A stretch of 64,000 nt of DNA from NCBI RefSeq assembly GCF_024700885.2, contig NZ_CP117016.1, one strand, 5' to 3'. Numbering within the stretch: position 1 is the first letter of the stretch; each line of letters begins with the position of its first letter. The notes below the pieces were generated by a model. It was not told where the DNA came from. It made no database searches and worked only from the letters and a program-made list of their open reading frames with translations. Both the position numbers and the translations under genes were made by a program. Source of the stretch: Escherichia coli (lineage in GTDB: Bacteria; Pseudomonadota; Gammaproteobacteria; Enterobacterales; Enterobacteriaceae). This document shows positions 24,036 through 37,083 of this stretch, in pieces.

Positions 24036-25177
24036 TGTCCTGCTCCTTGTGATGGTTTACAAACGTAAAAAGTCTCTTTAATACCTGTTTTTGCTTCATA
24101 TTGTTCAGCGACAGCTTGCTGTACTGCAGGCACCAGCTCTTCCGGGATCAGCGCGACGATACAGCCGCCAAATCCGCCGCCGGTCATGCGTACGCCACCT
24201 TTGTCGCCAATCACAGCTTTGACGATTTCTACCAGAGTGTCAATTTGCGACACGGTGATTTCGAAATCATCGCGCATAGAGGCATGAGACTCCGCCATCA
24301 ACTCGCCCATACGTTTCAGGTCGCCTTGCTCCAGCGCGTTGGCAGCTTCAACGGTGCGGGCGTTTTCAGTCAGGATATGACGCACGCGTTTCGCCACGAT
24401 TGGGTCCAGTTCATGCGCAACAGCGTTGAACTCTTCAATGGTGACATCGCGCAGGGCTGGCTGCTGGAAGAAACGCGCACCGGTTTCGCACTGTTCACGA
24501 CGGGTGTTGTATTCGCTGCCAACCAGGGTACGTTTGAAGTTACTGTTGATGATGACGACAGCCACACCTTTGGGCATGGAAACTGCTTTGGTCCCCAGTG
24601 AGCGGCAGTCAATCAGCAAGGCATGATCTTTCTTGCCGAGTGCGGAAATTAGCTGATCCATGATCCCGCAGTTACAGCCAACAAACTGGTTTTCTGCTTC
24701 CTGACCGTTAAGCGCGATTTGTGCGCCGTCCAGCGGCAGATGATAAAGCTGCTGCAATACGGTTCCGACCGCGACTTCCAGTGAAGCGGAAGAACTTAAC
24801 CCAGCACCCTGCGGCACATTGCCGCTGATCACCATGTCCACACCGCCGAAGCTGTTGTTACGCAGTTGCAGATGTTTCACCACGCCACGAACGTAGTTCG
24901 CCCATTGATAGTTTTCATGCGCGACAATGGGCGCATCGAGGGAAAACTCGTCGAGCTGATTTTCATAATCGGCTGCCATTACGCGAACTTTACGGTCATC
25001 GCGTGGCGCACAGCTGATCACGGTTTGATAATCAATCGCGCAGGGCAGAACGAAACCGTCGTTGTAGTCGGTGTGTTCACCAATCAAATTCACGCGGCCA
25101 GGCGCCTGAATGGTGTGAGTGGCAGGGTAGCCAAATGCGTTGGCAAACAGAGATTGTGTTTTTTCTTTCAGACTCAT
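24029..25177 (-). CDS. galK: galactokinase
   Basis: 382-aa protein, recognised. Confidence 0.95.
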   Translation of the reverse strand: MSLKEKTQSLFANAFGYPATHTIQAPGRVNLIGEHTDYNDGFVLPCAIDYQTVISCAPRDDRKVRVMAADYENQLDEFSLDAPIVAHENYQWANYVRGVVKHLQLRNNSFGGVDMVISGNVPQGAGLSSSASLEVAVGTVLQQLYHLPLDGAQIALNGQEAENQFVGCNCGIMDQLISALGKKDHALLIDCRSLGTKAVSMPKGVAVVIINSNFKRTLVGSEYNTRREQCETGARFFQQPALRDVTIEEFNAVAHELDPIVAKRVRHILTENARTVEAANALEQGDLKRMGELMAESHASMRDDFEITVSQIDTLVEIVKAVIGDKGGVRMTGGGFGGCIVALIPEELVPAVQQAVAEQYEAKTGIKETFYVCKPSQGAGQC

Positions 25178-25180
25178 TTC

Positions 25181-26227
25181 TTACACTCCGGATTCGCGAA
25201 AATGGATATCGCTGACTGCGCGCAAACGCTCTGCTGCCTGTTCTGCGGTCAGGTCTCGCTGGGTCTCTGCCAGCATTTCATAACCAACCATAAATTTACG
25301 TACGGTGGCGGAGCGCAACAGAGGCGGATAAAAGTGCGCGTGCAGCTGCCAGTGTTGATTCTCTTCGCCATTAAATGGCGCGCCGTGCCAGCCCATAGAG
25401 TAGGGGAAGGAGCACTGGAAGAGGTTGTCATAACGACTGGTCAGCTTTTTCAACGCCAGCGCCAAATCGCTGCGCTGGGCGTCGGTCAAATCGGTGATCC
25501 GCAAAACGTGGGCTTTGGGCAGCAGTAGCGTTTCGAACGGCCAGGCAGCCCAGTAAGGCACAACGGCTAACCAGTGTTCGGTTTCGACAACGGTACGGCT
25601 ACCGTCTGCCAGCTCGCGCTGAACATAATCCACCAGCATTGGCGATTTCTGCTCGGCAAAATATTCTTTTTGCAGGCGGTCTTCGCGCTCAGCTTCGTTA
25701 GGCAGGAAGCTATTTGCCCAAATCTGTCCGTGCGGATGCGGGTTAGAGCAGCCCATCGCCGCACCTTTGTTTTCAAAGACCTGCACCCATGGGTATGTTT
25801 TCCCCAGTTCTGCGGTTTGCTCCTGCCAGGTTTTGACGATTTCCGTCAATGCCGCAACGCTGAGTTCTGGCAACGTTTTACTGTGATCCGGTGAAAAGCA
25901 GATCACCCGGCTGGTACCGCGCGCGCTCTGGCAACGCATCAGCGGATCGTTGCTTTCTGGCGCATCTGGCGTGTCAGACATCAAGGCCGCAAAGTCATTA
26001 GTGAAAACGTAAGTCCCGGTGTAATCGGGGTTTTTATCGCCTGTCACCCGCACATTACCTGCGCAGAGGAAGCAATCTGGATCGTGCGCAGGTAACACCT
26101 GTTTGGCTGGCGTTTCCTGCGCCCCCTGCCAGGGGCGCTTAGCGCGGTGCGGTGAAACCAGAATCCATTGCCCGGTGAGCGGGTTGTAGCGGCGATGTGG
26201 ATGATCAACGGGATTAAATTGCGTCAT
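25181..26227 (-). CDS. galT: galactose-1-phosphate uridylyltransferase
   Basis: 348-aa protein with HPH motif, recognised. Confidence 0.95.
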   Translation of the reverse strand: MTQFNPVDHPHRRYNPLTGQWILVSPHRAKRPWQGAQETPAKQVLPAHDPDCFLCAGNVRVTGDKNPDYTGTYVFTNDFAALMSDTPDAPESNDPLMRCQSARGTSRVICFSPDHSKTLPELSVAALTEIVKTWQEQTAELGKTYPWVQVFENKGAAMGCSNPHPHGQIWANSFLPNEAEREDRLQKEYFAEQKSPMLVDYVQRELADGSRTVVETEHWLAVVPYWAAWPFETLLLPKAHVLRITDLTDAQRSDLALALKKLTSRYDNLFQCSFPYSMGWHGAPFNGEENQHWQLHAHFYPPLLRSATVRKFMVGYEMLAETQRDLTAEQAAERLRAVSDIHFRESGV

Positions 26228-26236
26228 GGTCGTTCC

Positions 26237-27253
26237 TTAATCGGGATATCCCTGTGGATGGCGTGACTGCCAGTGCCAGGTGTCCTGCGCCATTTCATCG
26301 AGTGTGCGCGTCACGCGCCAGTTCAGTTCACGGTCGGCTTTGCTGGCGTCCGCCCAGTAGGCCGGAAGGTCGCCCTCGCGACGCGGTGCAAAATGATAGT
26401 TAACTGGTTTGCCGCAGGCTTTGCTGAAGGCATTAACCACGTCCAGCACGCTGCTGCCTACGCCAGCGCCGAGGTTGTAGATGTGTACGCCTGGCTTGTT
26501 CGCCAGTTTCTCCATCGCCACGACGTGACCGTCCGCCAGATCCATTACGTGGATGTAATCGCGTACGCCAGTACCGTCTTCGGTCGGATAATCGTTACCA
26601 AAAATCGCCAGCGAGTCGCGACGGCCTACAGCAACCTGGGCGATGTATGGCATCAGGTTATTCGGAATGCCTTGCGGATCTTCGCCCATATCGCCCGACG
26701 GATGTGCGCCAACCGGGTTGAAGTAGCGCAGCAGGGCAATGCTCCAGTCCGGCTGGGCTTTTTGCAGATCGGTGAGGATCTGTTCAACCATCAGTTTGCT
26801 TTTGCCGTAAGGGCTTTGCGGTGTGCCGGTCGGGAAGCTTTCAACGTATGGAATTTTGGGCTGATCGCCATAGACGGTGGCGGAGGAGCTAAAAATAAAG
26901 TTTTTGACGTTCGCGGCGCGCATGGCGCTAATCAGGCGCAGGGTGCCGTTAACATTGTTGTCGTAATATTCCAGCGGTTTTTGTACCGATTCGCCAACGG
27001 CTTTCAGCCCGGCGAAGTGGATCACAGTGTCGATAGCGTGATCGTGCAGGATCTCGGTCATCAACGCTTCGTTACGGATATCGCCTTCAACAAACGTTGG
27101 ATGTTTGCCGCCTAAACGCTCGATAACAGGCAGTACGCTGCGCTTACTGTTACAGAGGTTATCAAGAATGATGACATCATGACCGTTTTGCAGTAATTGC
27201 ACACAGGTATGACTTCCAATGTAACCGCTACCACCGGTAACCAGAACTCTCAT
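26237..27253 (-). CDS. galE: UDP-glucose 4-epimerase
   Basis: 338-aa protein starting MRVLVTGGSGYIGSH, recognised. Confidence 0.95.
   Translation of the reverse strand: MRVLVTGGSGYIGSHTCVQLLQNGHDVIILDNLCNSKRSVLPVIERLGGKHPTFVEGDIRNEALMTEILHDHAIDTVIHFAGLKAVGESVQKPLEYYDNNVNGTLRLISAMRAANVKNFIFSSSATVYGDQPKIPYVESFPTGTPQSPYGKSKLMVEQILTDLQKAQPDWSIALLRYFNPVGAHPSGDMGEDPQGIPNNLMPYIAQVAVGRRDSLAIFGNDYPTEDGTGVRDYIHVMDLADGHVVAMEKLANKPGVHIYNLGAGVGSSVLDVVNAFSKACGKPVNYHFAPRREGDLPAYWADASKADRELNWRVTRTLDEMAQDTWHWQSRHPQGYPD
27230..27245. promoter_or_regulatory. gal internal operator OI (GalR/GalS site)
   Basis: Reverse complement reads GTGGTAGCGGTTACAT inside the galE 5' end. Confidence 0.7.
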
Positions 27254-27331
27254 AATTCGCTCCATTAGGCTTATGGTATGAAATAACCATAGCATAACAA
27301 AGATGCGAAAAGTGTGACATGGAATAAATTA

Positions 27332-27347
27332 GTGGAATCGTTTACAC
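27332..27347. promoter_or_regulatory. gal external operator OE (GalR/GalS site)
   Basis: Reverse complement reads GTGTAAACGATTCCAC upstream of galE. Confidence 0.7.
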
Positions 27348-27513
27348 AAGAATTTAGCCGTTTTTTATGCGCGATTAAGTGATTATAAAACAGAGGGTTT
27401 ATGAATGATTGCGCTTTTTATCTGAAAAAAGTCGCGGTTTCATGCCTGCATGCGTCGAACCGTTGGCCGGAGAGGGCGTTTAGGCCGCCTCCGGTACAGT
27501 CAGCATTACCGAC

Positions 27514-28986
27514 TCAGTTTATTTTTGTCAGCGCATAGCGATAAAAGTCACCGTCCGGCACGAACTCAAGACGATGGGTAATACAGGCAGGCGCATCTTC
27601 AGCGTGGTGCGAAACAAACAACAATTGCGTTTCACCTTCGCTAATCAGCACATCAACAAAACGGCGGATAAGCTGGCGATTGAGTGGATCAAGCCCCTGT
27701 AGTGGTTCATCGAGAATAAGCAACGTCGGATGTTTCACCAGTGCGCGGACAATCAGCGCCAGACGCTGCTGTCCCCAGGAAAGACTATGGAAAGGAGCGT
27801 CAGCCGTGCGTTTATCAATGCCGAGAATATCCAGCCACTGCTGCACCAGCTTTTGCTGGCGATCCGAAACGGCCTGATAAATGCCAATCGAATCAAAATA
27901 ACCAGACAGGATCACATTACGCACGGTAGTGCTGACCCGGTAATCCAGATGCAAACTACTGCTGACGTAACCGATATGCTTTTTGATATCCCAGATGGTT
28001 TCGCCGCTGCCGCGACGTCGTCCGAAAAGCGTTAAATCGTTGCTGTAACCTTGCGGATGATCGCCAGTAATCAGGCTTAATAACGTCGATTTTCCCGCGC
28101 CATTTGGCCCGACAATTTGCCAGTGTTCGCCTGGATTCACCTGCCAGCTAAGGTTATTAAGAATGGGGCGATCGTTATAAGAAACCACGCCATTGTTCAG
28201 CACAATGCGCGGTTCGTTGGCGGGTAAGGCGTGACGTGCTGAAGGTTCATCCGGCTCCGGCAGTTGTACACCTTCAAGCTGTTCGCTATGCGCCAGTTGC
28301 GCAACGAGTGCTTGTTGGAGCAGTTCCTCTTTAGCGCCCGTTTCCGCTAACGTACAATCCGCCAGCACGCCAGCAAACTGGACAAATTCCGGGATCTCAT
28401 CGAAGCGATTGAGCACCAGTACCAGAGTAATACCGGACTGATGTAACGAGGCGAGTAGCTCAGCCAGCTGCTGACGTGAGGCAACATCCAGGCCATCGAA
28501 CGGCTCATCAAGAATCAACAAGTCAGGCTCCGACATCAGCGCCTGACACAGCAGGGTTTTTCGCGTCTCGCCAGTGGAAAGGTATTTAAAGCGTCGGTCG
28601 AGGAGGGCGGTAATACCGAACTGCTGCGCCAGTTGCATACAACGCGGTGCATCCTTTACTTCATCCTGAATGATTTCAGCCGTGGTACGCCCGGTGTCAT
28701 CTTCGCCAGGGCCGAGCATATCGGTGTTATTCCGCTGCCATTCGTCGCTGACGAGCTTTTGCAATTGCTCGAAGGAGAGACGAGTGATGTGGGAAAACTG
28801 GCTTTGCCGCTCACCTTTCAAAAGCGGAAGTTCCCCCGCCAGCGCGCGGGCCAGGGCCGATTTCCCGCTTCCATTCGAACCGACAAACGCCCAACTATCA
28901 CCCGCGTTTAACGTTAGCTGAGGCAATTGCAGCGTTTTTGTGTCGCTAAGACGAAACGTGCCTTGCAAAATTTGCAATGATGACAT
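27514..28986 (-). CDS. modF: ABC-family ATPase ModF
   Basis: 490-aa protein with two ATP-binding cassettes, recognised. Confidence 0.9.
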   Translation of the reverse strand: MSSLQILQGTFRLSDTKTLQLPQLTLNAGDSWAFVGSNGSGKSALARALAGELPLLKGERQSQFSHITRLSFEQLQKLVSDEWQRNNTDMLGPGEDDTGRTTAEIIQDEVKDAPRCMQLAQQFGITALLDRRFKYLSTGETRKTLLCQALMSEPDLLILDEPFDGLDVASRQQLAELLASLHQSGITLVLVLNRFDEIPEFVQFAGVLADCTLAETGAKEELLQQALVAQLAHSEQLEGVQLPEPDEPSARHALPANEPRIVLNNGVVSYNDRPILNNLSWQVNPGEHWQIVGPNGAGKSTLLSLITGDHPQGYSNDLTLFGRRRGSGETIWDIKKHIGYVSSSLHLDYRVSTTVRNVILSGYFDSIGIYQAVSDRQQKLVQQWLDILGIDKRTADAPFHSLSWGQQRLALIVRALVKHPTLLILDEPLQGLDPLNRQLIRRFVDVLISEGETQLLFVSHHAEDAPACITHRLEFVPDGDFYRYALTKIN

Positions 28987-29053
28987 TTTATATCCCATTT
29001 TGTGCAGCGATTACTGACAGGGATACGTGTTTCATAACAAATTGTCAACACGC

Positions 29054-29842
29054 TTAGCACAGCGTGGCGATAATCACGCTGTCGGCATTAAAGTAGGCCG
29101 TGACATTCTGTCCTTGCTGAAGAGAAGTCGCTTCATTTACCGGCACTGTGGCGCACAGTGTTTGCCCGTCGGGTAGCGCCATTAATACTTCGCACTGCTC
29201 TGCGCCGCGCTCAATATGACTAATAATACCCGGTAATTGGTTGTCGGCGTTTTGTGCGACCGCTTCGTCCTGAGTAATGCCTACCCACGGCGCTTTTAGT
29301 AATATCAACACTTCTTTGCCTTCATCCAGCCCCAGACGCGCGCCGCTTTGTGCGGTAATTGCGACTTTCAGGCGTGTTTTTCCGTCAGCCAGTAAGACAT
29401 CAACATGCTGTTGAACGTCATCATGATCGCGGGCGGTGATGGTGCCAAACCATTGGTTACGGGCGCTGGTTTGCAGTGAAAAACGTGAGATCGCGGCCAG
29501 CAGGCTGTTCAGCGGCAGGGCGTCATCGTCACTTAACACATCAAAGGCTTTTTGCTGGATTTGCGCCAGTAAGTCATAGAGCTGAATCAGTCGCTGACCA
29601 TAGCGGGTCAGTACTGCGCCGCCGCCACCTTTACCGCCTGTTGCGCGCTCGACCAGAATATGCTCACTTAACTGATTCATTTCGTTAATGGCATCCCAGG
29701 CGCTTTTATAGCTGATACCGGCATCTTTCGCTCCCTGGCTAATGGAACCGGAAAGCGCAATGTGTTTTAGTAGCGAAATGCGGCGCGGGTCGGCGAATAA
29801 TTTTTGTTGGAGCTTAAGGGTGAGAAGGATTTCGGCCTGCAT
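29054..29842 (-). CDS. modE: molybdate-responsive transcriptional regulator ModE
   Basis: 262-aa protein, recognised. Confidence 0.95.
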   Translation of the reverse strand: MQAEILLTLKLQQKLFADPRRISLLKHIALSGSISQGAKDAGISYKSAWDAINEMNQLSEHILVERATGGKGGGGAVLTRYGQRLIQLYDLLAQIQQKAFDVLSDDDALPLNSLLAAISRFSLQTSARNQWFGTITARDHDDVQQHVDVLLADGKTRLKVAITAQSGARLGLDEGKEVLILLKAPWVGITQDEAVAQNADNQLPGIISHIERGAEQCEVLMALPDGQTLCATVPVNEATSLQQGQNVTAYFNADSVIIATLC

Positions 29843-29952
29843 AACAATATCCTGGCAAAAGTCTTATTGTGACGGAAAACGGACGCCACGCAAAGCTGAC
29901 CGCACAAAAGGGGAGTGCTTTTCTGTGCTTAGCGGTTAGAATAGTCTCATGA

Positions 29953-30120
<168 letters not shown>

Positions 30121-30242
30121 TTCCCTGAATGCCCGCTTAGTCGGGCATTTCTTTTTCTCAACTTCCTGCTTTTCCTGCCGATATTTTTTCTCATCTACCT
30201 CACAAAGGTTAGCAATAACTGCTGGGAAAATTCTGAGTTAGC

Positions 30243-30266
30243 CGTTATATTGTCGCCTACATAACG
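30243..30266. promoter_or_regulatory. ModE operator in the modA promoter
   Basis: Inverted repeat CGTTATAT-N8-ACATAACG about 20 bp upstream of modA. Confidence 0.6.
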
Positions 30267-30285
30267 TTACATTAAGGGGTTACCA

Positions 30286-31059
30286 ATGGCTCGTAAATGG
30301 TTGAACTTGTTTGCCGGGGCGGCACTCTCTTTCGCTGTTGCTGGCAATGCACTGGCAGATGAAGGGAAAATCACGGTGTTCGCCGCCGCATCACTGACTA
30401 ACGCAATGCAGGACATTGCTACGCAGTATAAAAAAGAGAAAGGCGTGGATGTGGTTTCTTCTTTCGCTTCGTCATCTACTCTCGCCCGTCAGATTGAAGC
30501 GGGTGCGCCTGCGGATCTGTTTATTTCTGCCGATCAGAAATGGATGGATTATGCGGTTGATAAAAAAGCGATCGATACAGCTACGCGTCAGACACTGCTC
30601 GGCAATAGCCTGGTCGTTGTAGCACCGAAAGCCAGCGAGCAGAAAGATTTCACCATCGACAGCAAAACCAACTGGACTTCGCTGCTGAATGGCGGTCGTC
30701 TGGCGGTTGGCGATCCGGAACATGTTCCCGCTGGCATTTATGCAAAAGAAGCACTGCAAAAACTGGGCGCATGGGATACGCTCTCCCCGAAACTGGCTCC
30801 GGCGGAAGATGTTCGTGGCGCGCTGGCGTTGGTCGAACGCAATGAAGCGCCGCTGGGCATAGTTTACGGTTCTGACGCAGTTGCCAGCAAAGGGGTAAAA
30901 GTGGTCGCCACCTTCCCGGAAGATTCGCATAAAAAAGTGGAATACCCGGTTGCTGTTGTGGAAGGGCATAACAATGCGACAGTGAAAGCATTTTATGATT
31001 ATTTGAAAGGGCCGCAGGCTGCGGAAATCTTTAAACGTTACGGATTTACAACCAAGTAA
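30286..31059 (+). CDS. modA: molybdate ABC transporter periplasmic binding protein
   Basis: 257-aa protein with signal peptide, recognised. Confidence 0.95.
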   Translation: MARKWLNLFAGAALSFAVAGNALADEGKITVFAAASLTNAMQDIATQYKKEKGVDVVSSFASSSTLARQIEAGAPADLFISADQKWMDYAVDKKAIDTATRQTLLGNSLVVVAPKASEQKDFTIDSKTNWTSLLNGGRLAVGDPEHVPAGIYAKEALQKLGAWDTLSPKLAPAEDVRGALALVERNEAPLGIVYGSDAVASKGVKVVATFPEDSHKKVEYPVAVVEGHNNATVKAFYDYLKGPQAAEIFKRYGFTTK

Positions 31060-31748
31060 TGATACTGACCGATCCAGAATGGCAGGCGGTTTTACTAAGC
31101 CTGAAAGTTTCTTCCCTGGCTGTGCTGTTTAGCCTGCCGTTTGGGATCTTTTTTGCCTGGTTACTGGTGCGTTGCACGTTTCCGGGCAAAGCTCTGCTCG
31201 ACAGCGTACTGCATCTACCGCTGGTGTTACCGCCCGTGGTCGTCGGTTACTTATTATTAGTTTCGATGGGACGGCGCGGATTTATCGGTGAACGTCTGTA
31301 TGACTGGTTTGGCATTACCTTCGCCTTTAGCTGGCGCGGCGCGGTTCTCGCTGCCGCCGTCATGTCGTTTCCGCTGATGGTGCGGGCAATTCGTCTGGCG
31401 CTGGAAGGTGTTGATATCAAACTGGAACAGGCCGCAAGAACACTGGGTGCCGGGCGCTGGCGCGTTTTCTTTACTATCACGTTACCGCTGACCTTACCGG
31501 GCATTATTGTTGGTACGGTACTGGCTTTTGCTCGTTCTCTCGGTGAGTTTGGTGCAACCATCACCTTTGTGTCGAACATTCCTGGTGAAACGCGAACCAT
31601 TCCTTCTGCCATGTATACCCTGATCCAGACCCCCGGCGGGGAAAGTGGCGCGGCGAGACTGTGCATTATTTCTATTGCACTGGCGATGATCTCCCTGTTG
31701 ATTTCAGAATGGCTGGCCAGAATCAGCCGTGAACGGGCGGGGCGCTAA
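31059..31748 (+). CDS. modB: molybdate ABC transporter permease
   Basis: 229-aa membrane protein, recognised. Confidence 0.95.
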   Translation: MILTDPEWQAVLLSLKVSSLAVLFSLPFGIFFAWLLVRCTFPGKALLDSVLHLPLVLPPVVVGYLLLVSMGRRGFIGERLYDWFGITFAFSWRGAVLAAAVMSFPLMVRAIRLALEGVDIKLEQAARTLGAGRWRVFFTITLPLTLPGIIVGTVLAFARSLGEFGATITFVSNIPGETRTIPSAMYTLIQTPGGESGAARLCIISIALAMISLLISEWLARISRERAGR

Positions 31749-31750
31749 TC

Positions 31751-32809
31751 ATGCTGGAACTGAATTTTTCCCAGACGTTGGGCAACCATTGCCTGACCAT
31801 TAATGAAACGCTGCCCGCCAATGGCATCACTGCTATCTTTGGCGTCTCCGGTGCCGGAAAAACTTCGCTGATTAACGCCATCAGTGGACTGACGCGCCCG
31901 CAAAAAGGGCGGATTGTCCTCAATGGGCGGGTACTAAATGATGCCGAAAAAGGTATCTGCCTGACGCCAGAAAAGCGTCGCGTTGGCTATGTTTTTCAGG
32001 ATGCGCGGCTGTTCCCGCATTACAAAGTGCGTGGCAATCTGCGCTACGGCATGTCGAAAAGTATGGTCGATCAGTTCGATAAGCTGGTGGCGCTTTTAGG
32101 CATTGAACCGTTGCTTGACCGTTTACCAGGCAGCCTGTCCGGAGGCGAAAAACAGCGCGTGGCGATTGGTCGGGCTTTGCTGACAGCACCGGAATTGCTG
32201 TTGCTGGATGAACCGCTGGCGTCACTGGATATTCCGCGTAAACGCGAACTGTTGCCTTATCTGCAACGGCTGACACGGGAAATCAACATTCCGATGTTGT
32301 ATGTCAGCCATTCGCTGGATGAGATCCTCCATCTGGCAGACAGAGTGATGGTACTGGAAAACGGTCAGGTGAAAGCCTTTGGCGTGCTGGAGGAAGTGTG
32401 GGGCAGTAGCGTGATGAATCCGTGGCTGCCGAAAGAGCAACAAAGTAGCATTCTGAAAGTGACGGTGCTTGAGCATCATCCGCATTACGCGATGACCGCG
32501 CTGGCGCTGGGCGATCAGCATTTGTGGGTCAATAAGCTGGACGAACCGCTGCAAGCTGCGCTACGCATCCGCATTCAGGCTACCGATGTCTCGCTGGTTT
32601 TACAACCGCCGCAGCAAACCAGCATTCGTAACGTATTGCGGGCAAAAGTTGTTAATAGTTATGACGACAACGGCCAGGTGGAAGTGGAGCTGGAAGTCGG
32701 CGGTAAAACGCTGTGGGCGCGTATCAGCCCGTGGGCCAGGGATGAACTGGCGATCAAACCAGGCTTGTGGCTGTACGCGCAAATTAAAAGTGTGTCGATA
32801 ACCGCCTGA
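31751..32809 (+). CDS. modC: molybdate ABC transporter ATPase
   Basis: 352-aa protein with Walker [10 protein letters not shown], recognised. Confidence 0.95.
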   Translation: MLELNFSQTLGNHCLTINETLPANGITAIFGVSGAGKTSLINAISGLTRPQKGRIVLNGRVLNDAEKGICLTPEKRRVGYVFQDARLFPHYKVRGNLRYGMSKSMVDQFDKLVALLGIEPLLDRLPGSLSGGEKQRVAIGRALLTAPELLLLDEPLASLDIPRKRELLPYLQRLTREINIPMLYVSHSLDEILHLADRVMVLENGQVKAFGVLEEVWGSSVMNPWLPKEQQSSILKVTVLEHHPHYAMTALALGDQHLWVNKLDEPLQAALRIRIQATDVSLVLQPPQQTSIRNVLRAKVVNSYDDNGQVEVELEVGGKTLWARISPWARDELAIKPGLWLYAQIKSVSITA

Positions 32810-33628
32810 TTAAATCAGGTGGCTATAAATGAACTGGGCAATGCTGTCGGTGGTGTTATCACCAATCACAATGTTGGCGCGCGCTTTTACCGCGTCATCG
32901 GCGTTGCCCATCGCCACGCCTGTACCAGCGGCTTCCAGCATACTGATATCATTAAAGTTATCGCCGAATGCCACGACGTTTTCCATCGACCAACCTTGTG
33001 CCTCAACCCATTTCGTCAAACGTTTACCTTTGCTGTTGCCGCCGCGTGCAATATCAACCTGATCGTGCCAGGACCATTCACACTCCAGTCCCAGTTCATG
33101 TTCGACATGCTTACCAAAATGCTGCAATTGCGGCAGGTCATCGTGCGTCAGGGCGAACTTCCATACGGCGTTAACTTGTTGCGCCGTTTCAGCCAGAGAA
33201 GCGACTTGTGTGAAAGTCGGACGCTGTTCCGGCGGCAGGGTTTGCGCCCAGTTAGACGTGCGAATGACATGCCCGGTCGGGTGCTCATAGACCATTGCAT
33301 CATCGACATACATCAGACCGTGAATGTGGTGTTCATTCAGCATCTCAATGAGTTGCAGGGCTTTATTAACGGGCATTGGGTCCGCTTCCAGCACTGTTTT
33401 TGCATGATAATCATACAAATAGGTGCCATTACAGCAAATAGCAGGTGTATCCAGCGCCAGCGCCTGATAAAAAGGATGAATAGCGACGTGATGGCGACCT
33501 GTGACGATGATTAATTGATAGCCTGCTTCGCGAGCGCGGGCCAGGGCTTCTATCGATGATGGAAGCAAGGTCTTTTTCGGGGTCAATAAGGTGCCGTCTA
33601 AGTCGAGAGCAATCACGCGTGTGGTCAT
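32810..33628 (-). CDS. ybhA: HAD-family sugar phosphatase YbhA
   Basis: 272-aa protein starting MTTRVIALDLDGTLL. Confidence 0.9.
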   Translation of the reverse strand: MTTRVIALDLDGTLLTPKKTLLPSSIEALARAREAGYQLIIVTGRHHVAIHPFYQALALDTPAICCNGTYLYDYHAKTVLEADPMPVNKALQLIEMLNEHHIHGLMYVDDAMVYEHPTGHVIRTSNWAQTLPPEQRPTFTQVASLAETAQQVNAVWKFALTHDDLPQLQHFGKHVEHELGLECEWSWHDQVDIARGGNSKGKRLTKWVEAQGWSMENVVAFGDNFNDISMLEAAGTGVAMGNADDAVKARANIVIGDNTTDSIAQFIYSHLI

Positions 33629-33746
33629 GGCGTATTCCAGATTAAGGTTAAGAATTTTCTTCTGCGCGAATGGTACACCGATACCACTATCGGACAAAAT
33701 TCTGCGTTTTAATTCAGCATTCACCGCCAAAAGCGACTAATTTTAG

Positions 33747-34778
<1,032 letters not shown>

Positions 34779-34818
34779 CCGCTGATTTACCCGGCGCAGT
34801 CTCTTCTGCGCCGGTGTA

Positions 34819-35772
34819 TTAACCTATCTCCTGTAACGCATGTCTCTGGCGTTCGACGATATTGGTCCACAAATTGTCTTTATCGTCAGTCCACAAATTA
34901 ATCAGCAAGGCAAAAAAGCGTTCAGCTGCCGGAGAAAGCACGGCATCTTTGCGGCGAATAATCCCCAATGTCCGACGTATAACCGGTTCCACCAGCGGGA
35001 TACCAATAATCGAAGAATAGGGTGCATGGGGCATTGCCAGACCAGGAAGCGCCGAAATCCCCAGTCCCGCCTCCACCAGTCCTAATGACGTCGAAAGATG
35101 ACGCACTTCGTAAAACCAGTCCAGCTTCCAGGGCTTGTCGGCCAGCTGTTGTTCTATCAACAGTCGGTTGCCGCTGGAGGAGCGTACGCCAATCATTTTG
35201 TAACCCACTAACTCCTGCCATTCTACAAGCTGCTTTTTGGCCAATGGATGGTCACGCCGACAGGCCAGCACGAACGGCTCGTTGACCAGTGGGGTAAAAT
35301 CAATGGATGAATTTGTGACGTTGTTCATGTTTATGCCAAAGTCTGATTCGTTACACAGCACCGATTCCATGCAATTATTCGTGCCTTGTTCCAGAATCCG
35401 CACTTTAATATTGGGATACAGCTCATTAAATTTACCGATTGCCAGCGGTAAAAAATAAAATACCGCGGTCGGAATACACGCTAACGTCACCATACCACGA
35501 TGATAAGCATTCATATCACGAATATTAAAAAGCGTTTCATCGAATTTCTTTATTAATTCCCGCGCCTCCGGGAGCAACCTTTTTCCTGCTTTTGTTAACG
35601 TAACCTTGCGAGTTGTACGCTCAAATAGTTGAATATGTAAATCTTCCTCCATCTTTTTTATTCTTCGCGTTAATGCAGGTTGCGTAATATTGAGTAATTT
35701 AGCGGCATTGTTAAATGAACTGGACTCTGCCAGTATGACAAATGCCTTCATACTTGATAATTCATGCTTCAT
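34819..35772 (-). CDS. ybhD: LysR-family transcriptional regulator YbhD
   Basis: N-terminal helix-turn-helix; divergent to ybhH. Confidence 0.85.
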   Translation of the reverse strand: MKHELSSMKAFVILAESSSFNNAAKLLNITQPALTRRIKKMEEDLHIQLFERTTRKVTLTKAGKRLLPEARELIKKFDETLFNIRDMNAYHRGMVTLACIPTAVFYFLPLAIGKFNELYPNIKVRILEQGTNNCMESVLCNESDFGINMNNVTNSSIDFTPLVNEPFVLACRRDHPLAKKQLVEWQELVGYKMIGVRSSSGNRLLIEQQLADKPWKLDWFYEVRHLSTSLGLVEAGLGISALPGLAMPHAPYSSIIGIPLVEPVIRRTLGIIRRKDAVLSPAAERFFALLINLWTDDKDNLWTNIVERQRHALQEIG

Positions 35773-35955
35773 TATTACTCCGAAAAATGGAAGCGTCGAT
35801 TTTGGGTGGCTGGCCGTTAAAAATTTTAACTGCATTTAGCCAACTTAAATTAATGAAAAAATGTTATTAATCGTTGAGCTAAAGTCATTAGAGATGCTTT
35901 GCCCTTAATGTAACCATATCGCAATAAGTTATGTTTTTAAATTGAGGGCATTATT

Positions 35956-37008
35956 ATGAAAAAAATACCCTGCGTGATGATGCGAGGTGGAACCTCGAGG
36001 GGCGCGTTCCTGTTAGCGGAACATCTACCCGAAGATCAAACGCAGCGCGATAAAATATTGATGGCAATTATGGGTTCCGGTAACGATCTGGAAATTGACG
36101 GTATTGGCGGCGGTAATCCGCTGACCAGTAAAGTCGCCATTATTAGCCGTTCCAGCGATCCGCGTGCAGATGTCGATTATCTGTTTGCTCAAGTTATCGT
36201 CCATGAGCAACGTGTCGATACCACGCCTAACTGCGGCAATATGCTGTCTGGGGTTGGGGCATTCGCCATTGAAAATGGTTTGATTGCAGCGACTTCGCCA
36301 GTTACCCGCGTACGTATCCGCAACGTCAATACTGGTACGTTCATCGAGGCTGATGTGCAAACGCCAAATGGTGTTGTCGAGTACGAGGGTAGCGCCAGAA
36401 TTGACGGCGTACCGGGTACTGCCGCACCGGTTGCGCTCACTTTCCTGAATGCCGCCGGAACCAAAACCGGAAAAGTCTTCCCGACTGATAATCAGATTGA
36501 TTATTTTGACGATGTCCCGGTGACCTGTATCGATATGGCGATGCCAGTTGTCATTATTCCTGCTGAATATCTGGGAAAAACAGGCTATGAATCACCGGCG
36601 GAGCTGGATGCCGACAAAGCATTATTAGCCCGCATTGAATCTATCCGTCTACAAGCGGGTAAAGCAATGGGCTTAGGCGATGTCAGTAATATGGTTATCC
36701 CTAAACCTGTGCTTATTTCTCCAGCGCAGAAAGGCGGAGCAATTAATGTGCGTTATTTTATGCCGCATTCTTGCCATCGCGCGCTGGCGATAACCGGAGC
36801 TATTGCCATTTCCAGTAGTTGTGCATTGGAAGGCACCGTCACCCGACAAATCGTCCCTTCTGTAGGATACGGCAATATCAATATTGAACACCCCAGTGGT
36901 GCGCTCGACGTTCATTTAAGTAATGAAGGTCAGGATGCCACGACGTTACGCGCATCTGTTATTCGGACAACCAGAAAAATATTTTCCGGTGAAGTTTATC
37001 TTCCCTGA
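35956..37008 (+). CDS. ybhH: PrpF/AcnD-accessory family isomerase YbhH
   Basis: 350-aa protein, recognised. Confidence 0.85.
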   Translation: MKKIPCVMMRGGTSRGAFLLAEHLPEDQTQRDKILMAIMGSGNDLEIDGIGGGNPLTSKVAIISRSSDPRADVDYLFAQVIVHEQRVDTTPNCGNMLSGVGAFAIENGLIAATSPVTRVRIRNVNTGTFIEADVQTPNGVVEYEGSARIDGVPGTAAPVALTFLNAAGTKTGKVFPTDNQIDYFDDVPVTCIDMAMPVVIIPAEYLGKTGYESPAELDADKALLARIESIRLQAGKAMGLGDVSNMVIPKPVLISPAQKGGAINVRYFMPHSCHRALAITGAIAISSSCALEGTVTRQIVPSVGYGNINIEHPSGALDVHLSNEGQDATTLRASVIRTTRKIFSGEVYLP

Positions 37009-37083
37009 AAAAATTCGTTGTCAGGATAAGGACAATCAATAAAGGACTTCTGTATGAGTCATACAGAAAGAACAGGATTTTAA